Shown piece by piece: positions 32,964 through 43,399 of a stretch of 64,000 bases of DNA. The translations under genes were made by a program, and so were the position numbers. Below the pieces are notes generated by a model. That model was not told the DNA's origin. It ran no database searches and worked only from the letters and a program-made list of their open reading frames with translations. The stretch comes from Nitrospirota bacterium (GTDB lineage: Bacteria; Nitrospirota; UBA9217), in assembly GCA_963751455.1 (NCBI GenBank), contig CAVVUN010000011.1:1-64000 (forward strand), in the 5' to 3' direction. Each line of letters begins with the position of its first letter. The stretch's first letter is position 1.

Positions 32964-33539
32964 TCAACACGGCGGACAAGCACGGCATACGTCACAACTT
33001 TGAGTACAAACACACGTGTGGATAGTCCCCCCCGGTTCACTTTCTTCGGAACAGCCTGTGCAGTTATCACAGGTCGCAGGATTTCCGTCCCCACAGGGAT
33101 CAGGGTCGTCATTGAAGAAATATCGTATGCCTCCGAACCGCGGCGCCCTCATATAGACCACATCGTGATTCCCTCCGCTTTTGCCGGGAAGCGCTCCTGA
33201 AATCAATAAACCGGCCCCCTGATTGTTTTTAATTGATGTTCGAAGCGGCTCAGGAAGAGAGTCATATGACCGGTGGTTATCCTGAAACCATTTTTGAAGG
33301 TCGGTTCCCACAAGCAGTTTCGTCTGATCAGGATTAAAAGCCTTCTTAAAGAGGTCCTTAAAGCCCTGTTGGGCCTCGAGTATCATCAGTATTTTTGTTT
33401 GATTTTCAAGGACCGCTGTGCGTTGATCAGGCTTAGTTTTACTGCAGCTGGTGAGTAGCGCAGTTGAATAAACAACGGCAAGGATCAGAACAAGCAGGCT
33501 TTTCCATTCACCGATCAAGCCGTACTTCACAGTACCCAT
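32964..33539 (-). CDS. Putative lipoprotein with Cys-rich C-terminal domain
   Basis: RBS GAGGAGG; signal ending LLTSC; tail CGDGNPATCDNCTGC...CVCTQSCDVCRACPPC. Confidence 0.7.
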   Translation of the reverse strand: MGTVKYGLIGEWKSLLVLILAVVYSTALLTSCSKTKPDQRTAVLENQTKILMILEAQQGFKDLFKKAFNPDQTKLLVGTDLQKWFQDNHRSYDSLPEPLRTSIKNNQGAGLLISGALPGKSGGNHDVVYMRAPRFGGIRYFFNDDPDPCGDGNPATCDNCTGCSEESEPGGTIHTCVCTQSCDVCRACPPC

Positions 33540-33555
33540 ATTTTCCTCCTCTCCG

Positions 33556-34389
33556 TCTTCTTTTGCTACTGATTGCTTATGGGGCGGGGGCGGCGGCACG
33601 CCTGAAAATCAGCTCGAAGATACGCCAGGTGGAACCCAATCAGATTCTGCGCCGGTCTCGACAGGCACCCCTGTGGAGTCAACGATCACCGGTAATGAAT
33701 CCCATTATTTTTCCTTTACCACGGGCGCATACAGCGGATCATACGGTGTTGCAGTTACCGGGGCCGAGGCTGATATCAGTTGGGATCTCTACGCTGCCCC
33801 TGATTATTCGTCCGATTTCATTGCCAACTGCGATAAACACTTCACTGCAGTAAATGAAATCTGTTCCGTAACGCTGGAAGCAAATACAGCATATTACCTC
33901 AAAGTCAGGAGTTGGGACGACATCACGAGCACATATACCCTCATCGTGACTTTCCTTGACCCCGCAGCCGGGTGCGGCACCGGGCAGTGCATCAACTTTG
34001 AAAGCGGATCAGTCCCCGCGTCAATCATGGCCTCAGGAAATGCAGCCTGGGTAATCGATAATTCGACCGCGGCGTCAGGAAGCTACAGCATTCATTCCGG
34101 CGTCATCTCCGACAACGAGATGAGTTGCTTTGAATACACACCGTCGGGCAATACGGAAGTTGTGCTCTTCAGTTTGAAGACGGACAGCGAGCTATGGGTT
34201 GATCAGCTCAAATTCTATATAGATGGAGTAAAACAATCCTCTTCATGGTCGGGATTAGACACTCCGTGGGTCCGCGTTATTTTCGGGACGAGCGCGGGCT
34301 CGCATAGTTACAAGTGGTGCTACGACAAGGACGGCTCATTCTCGAAAGGAACAGACATGGTCTGGGTGGACGACATCGAATTCAGATAG
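33556..34389 (+). pseudogene. 5'-truncated extracellular beta-sandwich (PPC-like) protein
   Basis: Frame is open well upstream of GTG 33673 (GGGGGTPENQLED); degenerate signal LLLLIA in the adjacent frame; no start or RBS; ends VWVDDIEFR. Confidence 0.55.
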
Positions 34390-34468
34390 TTGCTTGATGC
34401 AAAGGCGTAAGGCCAAATAATCGCGGACTTCAATTGTCTTTGGATATCAACAGCTTCGGGGAGGTTAT

Positions 34469-37400
34469 ATGATGCAGGCAAAGAGATTCCTGTCGGGAGC
34501 AGTGTTGTTTCTTATCCTCATCGTATTCGGCAATCAGTATATCGAGGCCCAAAGCATTCCATCTCCAACTCCTCTGACAAATAGCGGGCACGTGGAGACG
34601 GACACATTCGCCGGCAATGTTCACATCCCCAGCGGCAGAGTATTTTTTACCGAAACAGACCTGACTGTGGATTCTCCGGGCATCCCGCTAATCATAGAGC
34701 GAAGCTACAACAGCGTAATCTATCCGGGACCAGACCCTGCCCGGAGTTTTTACACGAAAAACCCGCTCGGAAAGGGTTGGACGCTTTCATTCTGGCTGCG
34801 CTTATTCGATGAGAGTGAAACGGTGACCCTGCTTGACAGTGAAGGAGAAATTTATGTTTTCACAAGGACCGAGAGCGGCGGCTATGTCGCGCCGCCGGGC
34901 TTCCCTGCGGTGCTTTCAAAAGAGAATGCCGGTTTCCAGCTCTTAACCAGTGAAAACCTCATATTCAGGTTTTCGACTGATGGCTACCTCCTTTCCATCA
35001 GCAACTTACGCGGCCTGAGTCTGTCTCTTTCTTATGATGAATCAAATCGGATCAAGGAGATTAGTGATACACTCAACAGGAAAACCTTTTTTACTTACCA
35101 GGATGAACTTTTAATCTCAATTCAATCTCCCGTGGGATTCATCGTATCCTATACGCACGATTCAGAAAAACGCCTGATTAAAAAGACCGACACATTCGGA
35201 AACACGGTCGAATATGAGTATGAATCTTTGACTTCTAAACTCGCTAAAATCACAACTGCCGCAAACACGGTCCAGTACCAGTATGACAGCGACGGCCGGG
35301 TGGTGAAAGAGCTATCGACATCCGGCAAGAACGACTTCACCTATTCGACAGAGCTGCATCAGACCAACCGGACCGATAACGCAGGCGGCCTAACCATCTA
35401 TACCTATAACGAAAACGGCCTGGTGACCCGCATTCAATCCCCAGACAGGTCTATTACGGAGTATACGTATGACGGAAACTACAACAGGACTTCCGTTATC
35501 AATCCGGATGGATCCGTTTCTCATAAACAATATGACGAAAACGGAAACGTTATTCAGGAAACGGACAGCACGGGTAAGACCACGACCTATACATACGATG
35601 CCTATCTCAATCTCGTATCGTCCATCAGATACTTTGACGGCCGGACGGAGACATTCGTGTACAACTCATACGGAGAGCTGGTGAGAAAAACAACTTCTGC
35701 CGGCACATCGACCTACACCTATAACGATTACGGCCAGCTTATAAACTATGAGGGACCGGACGGGAAAAGCGCCACCACATACGACGAAAATCAACGAGTA
35801 AAGACATACATGGGTACAGACAACGTTACCATGACTTATACGTACGATCAGTACGGCAGGGTGACCGCAGAAGCGGGGTCGGACGGAAGCAGTAGAGCGA
35901 TCACGTACGACGACCAGGGGAACCCGGTATCGGTCACCTACGAATGCGGGGCGAGCGAGAAGTTCGACTATGACGGAGCGGGAAGAGTGATTGCTGCGTA
36001 TGATCTCAACGGGAACAAAACGGAATATACGTACGACGACCAAGGGAATCTCTCGGTGATGAAAGACGCCCTCGGCTTCACCACGAAGTACACCTATGAC
36101 AGCCGGAACAATGTGAAGTCCGTCACGGATCCCCGCGGCAACACAACCACCTTATTGAACAATGACGCCGGTAAGCCGACATCGATCACCGACCCTCTTC
36201 AAAACGTTGTATCCCTGGCTTACGATCAGAGCAACAACATGACCGCCATTACAAACGCGAGAGGCCACAAAACGAAGATCACATATGACGCGAGCGCGAG
36301 AGTAACGAGCAGTGAGGACTCTGCGGGTGCAAAGACTATCTATACCTATGATTCGTATGACAACGTGACACGCGTTGAAAGGCCGAACGGCGGCGTTACG
36401 CAGTTTTTTTACGTGCACAACGAGGCATTCAACGACCTCAGGATCCCGGACATGCTGCTCGGAGCTATTCCTTTGGACAAGCTAAAGATCGACAAAAAGA
36501 GCAGAATCACAAAAATAATCGACGCTGAAAACAACATCGCGATATACACCTACGATGCCAAGGGCAACCTGATATCGTCAAAAGACGCTAAGGGCAACTT
36601 TTCTACCTATACGTATAACGACAAGAACCAGATGATCAAAGCGACTGATCCGCTTGGCCATTCCACTGCATTTCTGTATAATGATAAAGGAGACCAGTCA
36701 TCGGTGACCGATCCGAATGAAATGAGCACATCGATGACATATTTCTACTGCGGAACGGTAAAGCGGGTTGCGTCCATTGTAGACCCGCTCGGCCGTGAGA
36801 CGAAGTATCAGTACGACAAGATGGGCAACCTCCTTTCTGTGAAGCTGCCCGACGGAGCAACGACCACCTATGTTTATGATGCCGTATACAGGTTAATATC
36901 CCAAAAAGACTCAACGGGCGCCGGTACAACTTACGGTTATGATGAAGGAGGCAACCTGATTTCGGTAACCGACTCTCGGGGATACAAGACGACCTACGAA
37001 TACGACTACCTGGGCCGCGTGACGGTAATAAAAGATCCTCTCGGCAACATTACCAGTATTGGCCGCGACCAAGTGGGTAATATCAACCAGGTGACGAATG
37101 CACTCGGCGAGCAAACGACAAACCTGTACGATCAACTTAACCGCACGACCGAAGTGATTAACTCGCTCGGCCGGTCCTTCAAGTATGCCTACGATAATTC
37201 CGGGAACCTGTTATCCGTAACGGACCCAAAGGGGAATAAAAACGCCTATGGCTACGATAAACTGAACCGTCTCTTGAACATTACGAATGCCCTTAATCAG
37301 AACACGCATTTTGAATACGATGCCCTGGGAAACCGCGTTGAAGTCAGGGACGCCAAGGGCCTTTCCAAACACTATGTGTATGACTCCGCGAACAGGCTTG

Positions 37401-40198
37401 TCAAAATTAAGAATGCGAAGGGCGGAGAAACGACCCTTTTCTACGACAACATAGGGAATGCTATTAAGAGCATCGACCCGAACGGCAATTCTACTACGTT
37501 TAGCTATGATGCTCTAAACCGCGTGACTAGAAAGCAGGACGCTTTTGCCAACGCGGTCTCGTATACGTATAATGCAGCAGGAGCGGTGACGACAATCACC
37601 GATCCCAACGGGAACGGGACGCAGTATGAGTACGATTCCATGGGCAGGCTGACAGCGGTCATAGACGCTCTGGGAGAAAGGACCACCTACTCCTTCGACC
37701 CGGCGGGTAATCTCGTAAAGATATCGGACGCAAACGGGAACGCGACCGAATACGGCTATGATCCCCTGGGAAGAATTGCGCAGGAGCTGAAACCGCTCGG
37801 GAACAAAACACTGTACGAATATGACGCCATCGGAAGACTGGCCAAGGTTACGACGCCGAAGGGTGAAGCAATCGAATATGTCTATGATGCCGCGGGAAAC
37901 CTTATTACAAAGAAGCTGCCCCACGGCAACCATCTGCAGTTTACCCATGATGAACTGGGGAATACAATTTCCGCCCAAACGCCCTATTTCCGGGAAGAAA
38001 TGAAGTACGATCCGCTGGGACGGCTTACCAAGAGGCGTGTCACAACCTGGGACAAAACAACCGAGTATGCGTACGATCCGGTGGGAAACCTCACCCGCCT
38101 GACCGACCCGCTCGGCAATACGACCCATTATACTTATGACGAGATAGGGAAGGTTTCGGAGGTTACGGACGGACAGGGCAATAAGACTACTTTTGCCTAT
38201 GATGCCGGCAGCAGGCTTGCGCAAAAGACCTATCCGAACGGGGTCAGCACCCTGTACAAATGGGACGAGGCAAATCGGCTCATAACACTGATCGCCCAGT
38301 CACAGAGGTTCGGCCAGGTGAACGGCTACTCTTATCAATATGACAGCAGCGGCAACCGGATAGCGGCCATCGAGGACGACGGCATCGGAACAACCTACGA
38401 TTACGACGCATTAAACCGGCTCGTAAAAGTCAACTATGATTACGACAGTCTCATGAAAGTTCGAAACACCTGCCTGGTGCCGCCGTGCCCCAAGGGCAAT
38501 GCCTGGGGCGCGGGAGGAGTGGACACGTCCATCTTCCCGAACCTTGAAGATCCGCTCCATTATGAGAGTTTCACCTATGACAGCGTCGGCAACAGAGCAA
38601 GCCTGGAGCGTGATGGAGTTTCTGTATCTTATACCTTCGACAAGGCGAACAGGCTCCTGAACGCAAGCGGAAAAGGACAGCCAGTTACGTTCGAGTACGA
38701 TGAAAACGGCAATCTTGTAAAGGAAACCGGGCCGGACGGCGTGATCACGTACGCATACGATGCCGAAGGAAAGCTCACCGAGGTCGTTCTTCCCGACGGC
38801 ACCGGCATCAAGAATCTCTACGATGCTTTTGGGAGAAGGATCGTGACTGACGAAACCTACTGGCAGAACAAGAACCATGTTTTCTTCGACGAAACGAAGA
38901 TGCTGTACAGCGGCATGGGCTATTTGCCGGAAGCTCTGGGCAGGATGGGAGTGATAAATCCCTATCTGCCGGGATTATCCTCCGGGACATCGCCTATTGC
39001 GGGGCAGAATGTACTCATGGAGTTCACCGAGCAGGACAATCCGATGAATGCCTACATTTATGCGAATGGCGAAATCATATCCAAGCGCATGTGGGGCTTC
39101 AAGGGAAGAAAAGACCCCGGTGCAGTCGGAAATATAAGGCATCGGGGCAATACTCTTTACTACCATAGCGATGCCTTGGGAAGCGTCGTGGACATCACGG
39201 ACCACCTTGGGGAAAACATCATCAAGAACCGCTACCTTGCTTTCGGCGCGCCGGTTGCCGGTGACTTCGCTCCCTACGGCAGGTTCGGGTTCGCCGGCAT
39301 GCCGTTCGAGGAGAAAATAGGGAAATACTATGCCGGGAGCAGGTTCTATGACTACCAGGCGGGAAAGTTCCTGACTCCCGATTTTCATAAAGGCGGAATA
39401 CTCACGCCGGCCTCGCTGCACCAATACATCTACGTTTTGAATAACCCCGTAATGTATATTGATCCAATGGGCTACGGCCTTCGAAAGTGGGCCAAGCGGG
39501 CGGTTCGAAAAGTCACCCAAAAGATGGGCCAGCAGCTTGATAGAGGTTCCAGATGGGCGATGCGAAATGCAGTGAAAACCGTGCAAAGACTTCCTGACAA
39601 TGCCGTGGGCAGTGTATTTAAAGGTTTGTTTGGCGCAGTTTATTCCACGGCAGCGTTCGGAACAATGATTGTCATGGCGCCGGTCAGTGCATTGATTGAT
39701 CCGGCCTGGACGCAAAGCTACCTTCAACTGACGTACAATTTTACTCCGACCGGCCAGCTTCAGAACAAGCAACGAACAGGGGACTACGCAACGTTAGAGA
39801 TGTTTGAGGGAGCCCCCTATGTTCGGGACAGTCTTTGGGGAGGCGGCCGAGGCCATGGCACCACATGGGGACCAGTAGCGTTTATTGGGAGGACCGATCA
39901 TCTTACGTCGACACAAGAACTTGCCTTGCTTCGCCATGAATATGGGCATATACTGCAATATGAGGAGATGGGGGGCTGGCGCTACCAAAGGCAAGCGGAT
40001 GATGGTGGATATGAAATGGGTGCCTTTGAGTGGGGTGCGGATGTGGCGGCCACGGAATATTTCGATGTCGACGTGTGTGCATACCGACATGCATGCCATC
40101 CCAATGATCACTGTCACCGGATAGGATACATGTGCGTGAACGGCCAAGAACAATATTGTCCAAGTGGCGATTTAAGCAACTGCTTTGGGACGCCGTAA
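34469..40198 (+). CDS. RHS/YD-repeat protein with signal peptide and HExxH C-terminal domain
   Basis: RBS GGAGG, Sec signal, DUF6531-like RSYNS..LGKGW, many YD repeats, core end YVLNNPVMYIDPMG, tip LRHEYGHILQ. Confidence 0.92.
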   Translation: MMQAKRFLSGAVLFLILIVFGNQYIEAQSIPSPTPLTNSGHVETDTFAGNVHIPSGRVFFTETDLTVDSPGIPLIIERSYNSVIYPGPDPARSFYTKNPLGKGWTLSFWLRLFDESETVTLLDSEGEIYVFTRTESGGYVAPPGFPAVLSKENAGFQLLTSENLIFRFSTDGYLLSISNLRGLSLSLSYDESNRIKEISDTLNRKTFFTYQDELLISIQSPVGFIVSYTHDSEKRLIKKTDTFGNTVEYEYESLTSKLAKITTAANTVQYQYDSDGRVVKELSTSGKNDFTYSTELHQTNRTDNAGGLTIYTYNENGLVTRIQSPDRSITEYTYDGNYNRTSVINPDGSVSHKQYDENGNVIQETDSTGKTTTYTYDAYLNLVSSIRYFDGRTETFVYNSYGELVRKTTSAGTSTYTYNDYGQLINYEGPDGKSATTYDENQRVKTYMGTDNVTMTYTYDQYGRVTAEAGSDGSSRAITYDDQGNPVSVTYECGASEKFDYDGAGRVIAAYDLNGNKTEYTYDDQGNLSVMKDALGFTTKYTYDSRNNVKSVTDPRGNTTTLLNNDAGKPTSITDPLQNVVSLAYDQSNNMTAITNARGHKTKITYDASARVTSSEDSAGAKTIYTYDSYDNVTRVERPNGGVTQFFYVHNEAFNDLRIPDMLLGAIPLDKLKIDKKSRITKIIDAENNIAIYTYDAKGNLISSKDAKGNFSTYTYNDKNQMIKATDPLGHSTAFLYNDKGDQSSVTDPNEMSTSMTYFYCGTVKRVASIVDPLGRETKYQYDKMGNLLSVKLPDGATTTYVYDAVYRLISQKDSTGAGTTYGYDEGGNLISVTDSRGYKTTYEYDYLGRVTVIKDPLGNITSIGRDQVGNINQVTNALGEQTTNLYDQLNRTTEVINSLGRSFKYAYDNSGNLLSVTDPKGNKNAYGYDKLNRLLNITNALNQNTHFEYDALGNRVEVRDAKGLSKHYVYDSANRLVKIKNAKGGETTLFYDNIGNAIKSIDPNGNSTTFSYDALNRVTRKQDAFANAVSYTYNAAGAVTTITDPNGNGTQYEYDSMGRLTAVIDALGERTTYSFDPAGNLVKISDANGNATEYGYDPLGRIAQELKPLGNKTLYEYDAIGRLAKVTTPKGEAIEYVYDAAGNLITKKLPHGNHLQFTHDELGNTISAQTPYFREEMKYDPLGRLTKRRVTTWDKTTEYAYDPVGNLTRLTDPLGNTTHYTYDEIGKVSEVTDGQGNKTTFAYDAGSRLAQKTYPNGVSTLYKWDEANRLITLIAQSQRFGQVNGYSYQYDSSGNRIAAIEDDGIGTTYDYDALNRLVKVNYDYDSLMKVRNTCLVPPCPKGNAWGAGGVDTSIFPNLEDPLHYESFTYDSVGNRASLERDGVSVSYTFDKANRLLNASGKGQPVTFEYDENGNLVKETGPDGVITYAYDAEGKLTEVVLPDGTGIKNLYDAFGRRIVTDETYWQNKNHVFFDETKMLYSGMGYLPEALGRMGVINPYLPGLSSGTSPIAGQNVLMEFTEQDNPMNAYIYANGEIISKRMWGFKGRKDPGAVGNIRHRGNTLYYHSDALGSVVDITDHLGENIIKNRYLAFGAPVAGDFAPYGRFGFAGMPFEEKIGKYYAGSRFYDYQAGKFLTPDFHKGGILTPASLHQYIYVLNNPVMYIDPMGYGLRKWAKRAVRKVTQKMGQQLDRGSRWAMRNAVKTVQRLPDNAVGSVFKGLFGAVYSTAAFGTMIVMAPVSALIDPAWTQSYLQLTYNFTPTGQLQNKQRTGDYATLEMFEGAPYVRDSLWGGGRGHGTTWGPVAFIGRTDHLTSTQELALLRHEYGHILQYEEMGGWRYQRQADDGGYEMGAFEWGADVAATEYFDVDVCAYRHACHPNDHCHRIGYMCVNGQEQYCPSGDLSNCFGTP

Positions 40199-40611
40199 TA
40201 TAAAAGTTTTCAGTTAGATCATAGTGGAGCCCCCTCCGGCAGGAGCCGGAGGCTCCCCTGAACAACGCGACCTCCCAGCGGACTACGGCGCATTACCCCC
40301 GGCAAGAGCCGGGGGATTGCAAGTCGCGGGATTCACATGGTGACCGTTATACCGCCGAGAATTGCAGTTGCCGATGTTGTTCAGTTCATTAAGTCACAAT
40401 CGGCAAAAAACTTAAGGCGAAATTTCCTTTTCTGCGAAAAACATATGCGAGCAAAGAAGGCATTTGGTCGCGAGGATACTGTGTATCGTGTATCGGCCTG
40501 AACGAAAAGGAAATTCTCGCCTATGTCGCCTATCAAGAAAAGAAAGACAAAGGGCAACTGCAATTAACGTTGTGATTTAAGAAACCCCCGGCTCCTGCCG
40601 GGAGGGTCATT
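40199..40611 (+). mobile_element. tnpA: IS200/IS605 tnpA remnant with right-end hairpin
   Basis: QLDH|IHMVTVIPPRIAVADVVQFIKSQS...IWSRGYCVS...YVAYQ; hairpin CCCCCGGCTCCTGCCGGG at about 40585. Confidence 0.85.
40223..40330 (-). mobile_element. 108-bp non-autonomous IS200/IS605-type element, copy 1
   Basis: Reverse complement of 53168-53275; two GC-rich hairpins; removing it restores DHIHM. Confidence 0.88.
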
Positions 40612-40650
40612 CGTCTAGTCGCAAAATTGACCATGTTTAATATTTCCTTT

Positions 40651-42121
40651 CAGTAGTGTCTGGTTATCGTTTTTCTAATGTGCGATAACTCGCTGTCATT
40701 CAAAGATAAAAGAGACTGTATGCAACTTTTCGATTTGAACTTAATTTATCCAGAATCATCCTATAATCCACCTCATCTATGCATGAGGAGGGACGAAGAT
40801 GAATTCCGGAAAGACGGTTTTTGCTCAGCTGATCCAGCATCTACCACGGTACGAGTTCAACCAATGCGTCCTTCGTTATCACGGCAATCACAAAGTCAGA
40901 AGCTTTTCATGCATGGATCAGTTTCTCTGCATGGCATTTGCCCAGCTGACCTATCGCGAAAGCTTGCGCGATATTGTAACGTGTCTCAACTCCCATCGAC
41001 CAAAGCTTTACCACATGGGCTTTCGAGGGAAGGTCGCCAAATCCACGTTGGCGGACGCCAACGAGCTTCGAGACTTCCGCATCTATCAGGACTTCGGCTA
41101 TTTGCTCATCGACATCGCCAGCAAACTTTATCGGAACGAGGAGTTTGCCCGTATCCCATTTCGTCGATGAGGCAGCTAAATCAATCATTTGTTTTGTTGC
41201 CAATTTTTACCTCAAAAGGCGGGCAGTGGAAGCATCCCCGGTCAAGTGCAGAGCATATTATCTCTCTTGATAAGGCGAGGATACGAGGCCTCGACCTGAA
41301 GCTCTCGGTCTTTGCGCTGGACTCAACGATCATCGATCTTTGCCTTTCCACGTTCCCTTGGGCGACGTTTCGGAAAAAGAAAGCAGCCGTCAAGATTCAC
41401 ACTTTGCTCAACGTGCAGGGATCGATTCCAACCTTTATTTTCGTGACTCCCGGCAGCGTTCACGATGTCAATATGATGGATACTGTCCCGTTCGAAGCCG
41501 AATCGGTCTATACAATGGATCGCGCTTACCTCGACTTCGAGCGACTTTACCAAATCGATCAACTGTCCGCGTTCTTCGTTATCAAGAGCAAAAGCAATAC
41601 CCGGCTTCGTCGCGTCTACTCTGCTCCCGTGGACAAAGCCGACGGGGTGCAAGCCGATCAGACGGTTATGCTCATTGGCTACAAATCCCGCAAGGCTTAT
41701 CCAGATCCATTTCGTCGGGTGCGCTATTACGACACCGAACGAAACAAACGCTTGGTGGTTCTTACGAACAATTTCCTTATCCCGGCCAAAACAGTCGCGG
41801 ATATTTATCGCTCGCGTTGGCAGGTAGAGCTGTTCTTCAAGTGGATCAAGCAACACTTGCGGATCAAGTCGTTCTTCGGGACATCTCCGAATGCGGTCAA
41901 GATCCAAATCTGGATTGCCGTAAGCGTTTATCTCCTCGTGGCGATTGTCAAGAAGAGATTGAATCTGCCCGGCAGCCTCCACACAATTCTACAGATTTTG
42001 GAGGTCAACCTTTTTGATAAAATACCGATTTCTCAACTGGTTGAAGACACTATCAATCACGAAAACGAATATCGCGACGATAATCAATTGAATCTATTTA
42101 CGTAACAACCGGACACTACTG
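40651..42121 (+). mobile_element. IS4 family element (DUF4372-type DDE transposase 40799-42105, disrupted)
   Basis: TIR CAGTAGTGTC(T/C)GGTT; 9-bp TSD ATTTCCTTT (40642-40650 and 42122-42130); ALDST, MDRAY and YRSRWQVELFFKWIKQ motifs. Confidence 0.95.
41148..41287. mobile_element. 140-bp MITE-like insertion in the IS4 transposase
   Basis: Ends CCCGTATCC / GGATACGAG; removing it fuses the two ORFs as NEEFGLDLKLSVFALDST. Confidence 0.75.
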
Positions 42122-42157
42122 ATTTCCTTTATATTGGTGCTTTTAAGGAGGCGCGAT

Positions 42158-42544
42158 ATGCTCGGGCAAATCTTAACAAAAAAACAGATGTATTCTCTTT
42201 GCCTAATTGTATTTGCCTTGCTGTTGCTTACGAGTTGTAAAGGTGCTACGGATTGCTCAAAGAGGATGACTGTTGAAGGGGTTGTTGCTGATTCAAGCAC
42301 ATCACAGCCGTTAAGCGGCGTAAATATCTTTAGTCAAGATGTTGATGTTCGAGACATTACAGGTGAGGATGGGACATACAGCTTTACGGATTGGACCCTC
42401 GGAGGTTTTGTTGGCGATGTAGTTCGATATGAGAAAACCGGTTACCAGACGGCATATTCGGAGCCGGTTACCCAAGAGGAAACAGGATTTGATAGTTGCG
42501 GTGATTTTAGCATTACACGAAACGTAGCGATGATACCGCAATAA
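42158..42544 (+). CDS. Lipoprotein with carboxypeptidase-regulatory-like domain
   Basis: RBS AGGAGG, LLTSC lipobox, VEGVVADSSTSQPLSGVNI...TGEDGTY..KTGY. Confidence 0.75.
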   Translation: MLGQILTKKQMYSLCLIVFALLLLTSCKGATDCSKRMTVEGVVADSSTSQPLSGVNIFSQDVDVRDITGEDGTYSFTDWTLGGFVGDVVRYEKTGYQTAYSEPVTQEETGFDSCGDFSITRNVAMIPQ

Positions 42545-43057
42545 GTTGTTATGGGGCAATCTGTGAAGAAACGTACAGTTGCGTGTATTAGCGTTTTTCG
42601 CGTAGAATCACAGCTTTTACGGATCAGCCGGCTATCAGACACTCGAAGCCGAACCTTTTACAGTAGTAGAGGCCGGTTGTGACTTTGTGGTTCCATTGCT
42701 TTGATGCGCGACGCAATTCTGCAGCCAGAATAGAGAAAGTGCTGATCGGGGTACGATAAACGAATTTACGGTACTTTCAAGGCGGGGTACATTACGTCAA
42801 TAGCTGAGCCTTATACGGCTTCCGAAACAGGTGGCCGCGAGTCATGTGGATAGATTACTGTGACTCGTGACGCAGTCATGTATCCGCAGTGACCGCAGAG
42901 ACCAGCTGCAGCGCGAGGGCAACTGGGCAGGATATGGTGAGCAGATAAAGAAACTGGAGGAGATCCTCAGGCGGCTGGCGAAATAAAATAGTGCGCCGCC
43001 GGATATAAGAAATAAACGTCCCGCTCCTGCATGGATGCCGCTGGATAAAATAACGTT

Positions 43058-43399
43058 ATGACAGAAAATAATTCCAGATTGGTCTATTCGACGGAGCACG
43101 CTGTCCCGAGGAAGGAGAAGCCGGCTGCTCGGAAGGTTACGACAGCCGTTGCTCCTTCAAAATGCAAGCTGAGTGTACGTCTGGACCGGAAGGGCAGGGG
43201 CGGCAAGTCAGTCACTGTCATAGATGGTCTTCAGCTTTCAATTGAAGACAGCGAAAAACTCCTGAAACAATTAAAGGCGAAACTCGGTACGGGAGGGGCC
43301 GTTAAAAACGACACGCTGGAAATCCAGGGAGACCATTGCGATGGAGTCCTGACCTTATTGTCCGGCATCGGCTACAGGCCGAAGCGTTCAGGTCGATAG
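43058..43399 (+). CDS. yciH: SUI1/YciH translation initiation factor
   Basis: LVYST, RKGRGGKSVTVIDG, LK.KLGTGGAVK...IQGD. Confidence 0.92.
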   Translation: MTENNSRLVYSTEHAVPRKEKPAARKVTTAVAPSKCKLSVRLDRKGRGGKSVTVIDGLQLSIEDSEKLLKQLKAKLGTGGAVKNDTLEIQGDHCDGVLTLLSGIGYRPKRSGR

